Of a stretch of DNA of 64,000 bases, positions 62,001-64,000 are shown piece after piece. The translations under genes and the position numbers were made by a program. This DNA is from Chloroflexota bacterium (GTDB lineage Bacteria > Chloroflexota > Limnocylindria > P2-11E): NCBI GenBank assembly GCA_005889275.1, contig VBFI01000044.1:22509-86508 (forward strand). Direction: 5' to 3'. Below the pieces are notes generated by a model. The model was not told the DNA's origin. It searched no databases and saw only the letters and a list, made by a program, of their open reading frames with translations. Numbering within the stretch: the first letter of the stretch is position 1; the number at the start of each line of letters is the position of its first letter.

Positions 62001-63080
62001 TCACGACCCGGAGGCGAAGACGAGGCCATCCTCGTGCGAGATCGCCAGTCGCCGCTCCTGGCCGTCGAGATAGCGCAAGGTGGCGAGGAGCGCAAGCTCG
62101 ACGAACACGTCGAGCGTGGCGACGAAACCCGACTCGAGGAACGAGAAGGGCTGAACGAGAAGGAGATCGACGAGGATCGCGAGCTCGAAGAGACGGTAGG
62201 CGCGGGAACGTGACCGCCGCAGCGCGACAAGACCTGCCACGACCATCCCGCCCGCAACCACGCCGGCGAGCACCTGGATCAGCGACGGCACCGTGCTCCC
62301 GGCGGTCGTCTCGTCGAATGCCGCTCGCGCCTCCGCGTTCCCGATGAGCACCCCCACGACGAGCGCGAGGCCGGCGACGACGGTGAGGACGAAGCCGAGC
62401 CCATCGAGGATGAAGATCGCGGCGATGAGGCGCCCGAACCACCGACTCCCGGCGATCGCGGCGTATCGCCGGCTCGCCGCAAGCGAGAGTCTGCGAGCTC
62501 CCGAGGGCGCGCCGGTTGACGGAGCGGCTTCGGCGAACCGCGTACGCAGGGCGGCGACCATCGGCTCGGTCTGGTCCGCGCGGCGAAGGAGCTCCACGGC
62601 GCGGACGCGATCCGACTCGCCAAGCCTGCCGAGCACGAGCCTCTGGGAAAGCTCGATCGCGTTGACCAGGTTCTCCTCTGGCGAGAGCGCGCGGAACGTC
62701 CGCACCTGCCGCACCGTGAGGAAAAGCAGGACGAAGGTGACGTACACGAGCGCGGCCGTGGGCTTGAAGAAGTAGTCGTTGTCCGACGTCACGAACTTGC
62801 CCAGCTCGTCGATGAAGGCGCCGAAGCCCGCCCCTCCGACGAGCGCTGCGACAAGGCGAGTGGTCGAGGAGAGAAAGAGAAGGAGCAGGACGATCGCGAC
62901 CAGCATCCCGAGTCCGCCCCAGAGCACGTGCGCCACGTGGAGGCCGTTTCCACCCAGCTTCGGATAGCCGGTCGCCTCGAGATAGATGCGGATGAGGAGC
63001 ACGGCTGAGATCGCGGCGACGAGAAAGGCGTCCACGAGCTCGGCGTCCGCCGAGCGCAGGGGACCGCGGATGCTCCTCAC
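62001..63080 (-). CDS. hypothetical polytopic membrane protein
   Basis: GTG 63080 with GGAG 5 nt upstream. About 8 hydrophobic helices. No recognised family. The overlapping 382-aa ORF is Arg-rich junk. Confidence 0.5.
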   Translation of the reverse strand: MRSIRGPLRSADAELVDAFLVAAISAVLLIRIYLEATGYPKLGGNGLHVAHVLWGGLGMLVAIVLLLLFLSSTTRLVAALVGGAGFGAFIDELGKFVTSDNDYFFKPTAALVYVTFVLLFLTVRQVRTFRALSPEENLVNAIELSQRLVLGRLGESDRVRAVELLRRADQTEPMVAALRTRFAEAAPSTGAPSGARRLSLAASRRYAAIAGSRWFGRLIAAIFILDGLGFVLTVVAGLALVVGVLIGNAEARAAFDETTAGSTVPSLIQVLAGVVAGGMVVAGLVALRRSRSRAYRLFELAILVDLLLVQPFSFLESGFVATLDVFVELALLATLRYLDGQERRLAISHEDGLVFASGS

Positions 63081-63384
63081 GTCGCTCCAGTCTCGTGCCT
63101 CGCGTACCCGCCACGCCAAGCGACGGAGGACCGAGCAGGGAGACGGCCTAAAGGCTGTCCAGCAGGGCGTCGCCGGGCCCGGCCGACCGGACGAGACCGT
63201 TGAGCGGTTCGCGTACACTGAATGCGACACATCCGGGTTCGAGGAGCGTCATGGCCTGGGAGCCGCGAGTGCTCTCGGGCCTTTTTCTTCATTTCGCCGC
63301 GGGAGGAACCGATCAGGACTCTCATCACATCTGGGTTCACGACGAGCGCCGGCAGGTGCCGTACCGGCTGCAGGGCGGTGTGTC

Positions 63385-63624
63385 ATGCCGCGTAAGAAGC
63401 GAACTGGCTTCGGCGACGTGAGCATCGAGCGGGAGAGGTTCGACCGCGGCGAAGCCCGCTGCCCGAGCTGCAAACGGCCCATCGGACCGGCCGACCAGCC
63501 GGCCTTCGTGCACGGCCTGGGGAGCGGCGAGTCGCGCCTCGCGACGATGCGCTGCGGCAGGTGCCAGGCGATGCTCACCGTCCACTTCGAGGAGCCCCGG
63601 CGAGCCGAACCCTCGAACCCTTAG
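63385..63624 (+). CDS. small zinc-ribbon protein (CxxC...CxxC)
   Basis: MPRKKRTGFGDVSIERERFDRGEARCPSCKRP...MRCGRCQAMLTVHF. ATG 63385 with AGGGCGG upstream. Confidence 0.45.
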   Translation: MPRKKRTGFGDVSIERERFDRGEARCPSCKRPIGPADQPAFVHGLGSGESRLATMRCGRCQAMLTVHFEEPRRAEPSNP

Positions 63625-63992
63625 CGGGCGGCTTCCTCCAGCTGCGGATGTTCGCCCGGCGCGAGGCGCAGGGGACGCGTTTCGGGCGGGCGGATCGGCT
63701 GGAGGTGGATCGCGCGAGCGCGATCGAAGCTCGCGATCCAGTTCCACAGCACGCGCCCCGGGAACATGAGCGCGTCGATGAGCCGTTGTAAAACGATCTC
63801 GAGCGCGTCCGCGACGCGGGCGAGCAGACGGATGGCGTAGACCACGGTCTCCGCGAGAAGCCAGCCTGCCGCCCAGAGCGCCAGGCCGACGAATCCCCCG
63901 ACGAACACGACGCCGACGGCGAGCACGCTCAGCACGAAATACGCGCACGCGGCGGCCGCGACGCACGCGATCACCACGACGAGTCCGATCAC
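63621..63992 (-). CDS. hypothetical membrane protein (may continue beyond the window end)
   Basis: Hydrophobic N-terminal 55 aa (MIGLVVVIACVAAAACAYFVLSVLAVGVVFVGGFVGLALWAAGWLL). The GTG at 63992 lies 8 nt from the window edge, and the frame is open upstream. Confidence 0.35.
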   Translation of the reverse strand: MIGLVVVIACVAAAACAYFVLSVLAVGVVFVGGFVGLALWAAGWLLAETVVYAIRLLARVADALEIVLQRLIDALMFPGRVLWNWIASFDRARAIHLQPIRPPETRPLRLAPGEHPQLEEAAR

Positions 63993-64000
63993 CCCGAGCA

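Noticed and set aside
1-64000. Search for tRNA/rRNA/CRISPR/IS elements
   Set aside because: None found. No GGTTCGAATCC-type T-arm motifs, no rRNA-like conserved blocks, no regularly spaced short repeats, and no transposase- or integrase-like translations.

Overview
This 64-kb window is a densely coding, high-GC (~70%) bacterial chromosomal segment. I found no rRNA, tRNA, CRISPR array, transposase or integrase. I support about 70 CDSs from recognisable family motifs in the ORF-track translations. Most long Arg/Ser/Pro-rich ORFs on the opposite strand of real genes are high-GC artefacts. Coordinates derived by codon arithmetic from the ORF track may be off by 1-2 nt where I re-read the raw sequence.

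Main gene content:
- A sulfur theme: persulfide dioxygenase-rhodanese fusion, single-domain rhodanese, VIT1/CCC1 transporter, a sulfite-oxidase-like molybdoenzyme, a CDGSH protein and split chrA halves.
- Three cell-wall-hydrolase-like proteins that share a diverged NBR1-like Ig domain: an amidase_2 fusion, a phosphodiester-glycosidase fusion and a partial gene at the window start. An NBR1-less amidase_3 (CwlD-like) lies nearby.
- A GT4 / GH130 / (alpha/alpha)6-barrel sugar operon.
- A two-subunit (2Fe-2S + molybdopterin) xanthine-dehydrogenase-family oxidoreductase.
- A TAXI-type TRAP transporter (binding protein, DUF1850, fused permease).
- A bacterial peptidase G1 (eqolisin) homologue and an HExxH metalloprotease lipoprotein.
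- A TetR regulator divergent from a Pro1 tautomerase, separated by two palindromic operators.
- aroG, hutU and a DksA-like zinc-finger protein.

Observations worth a second look:
- A translationally coupled operon: RIO-type kinase, DUF421, MFS transporter, ParB-like nuclease-domain protein.
- An RpiR-controlled catabolic-looking cluster in which a Dpp-type binding protein is operonic with non-ABC membrane proteins, an aminotransferase and an amidohydrolase.
- A divergent operon: C45 Ntn-hydrolase, signal-less SBP-fold protein, MFS transporter.
- Apparent gene decay: a hutH-like gene lacking the MIO Ala-Ser-Gly segment and a canonical start, a frameshifted dppB, an N-terminally truncated dppC, and ABC loci without ATPases.
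- Widespread start/stop overlaps (ATGA/GTGA/TTGA), including a probable CTG start coupled to an upstream TGA.
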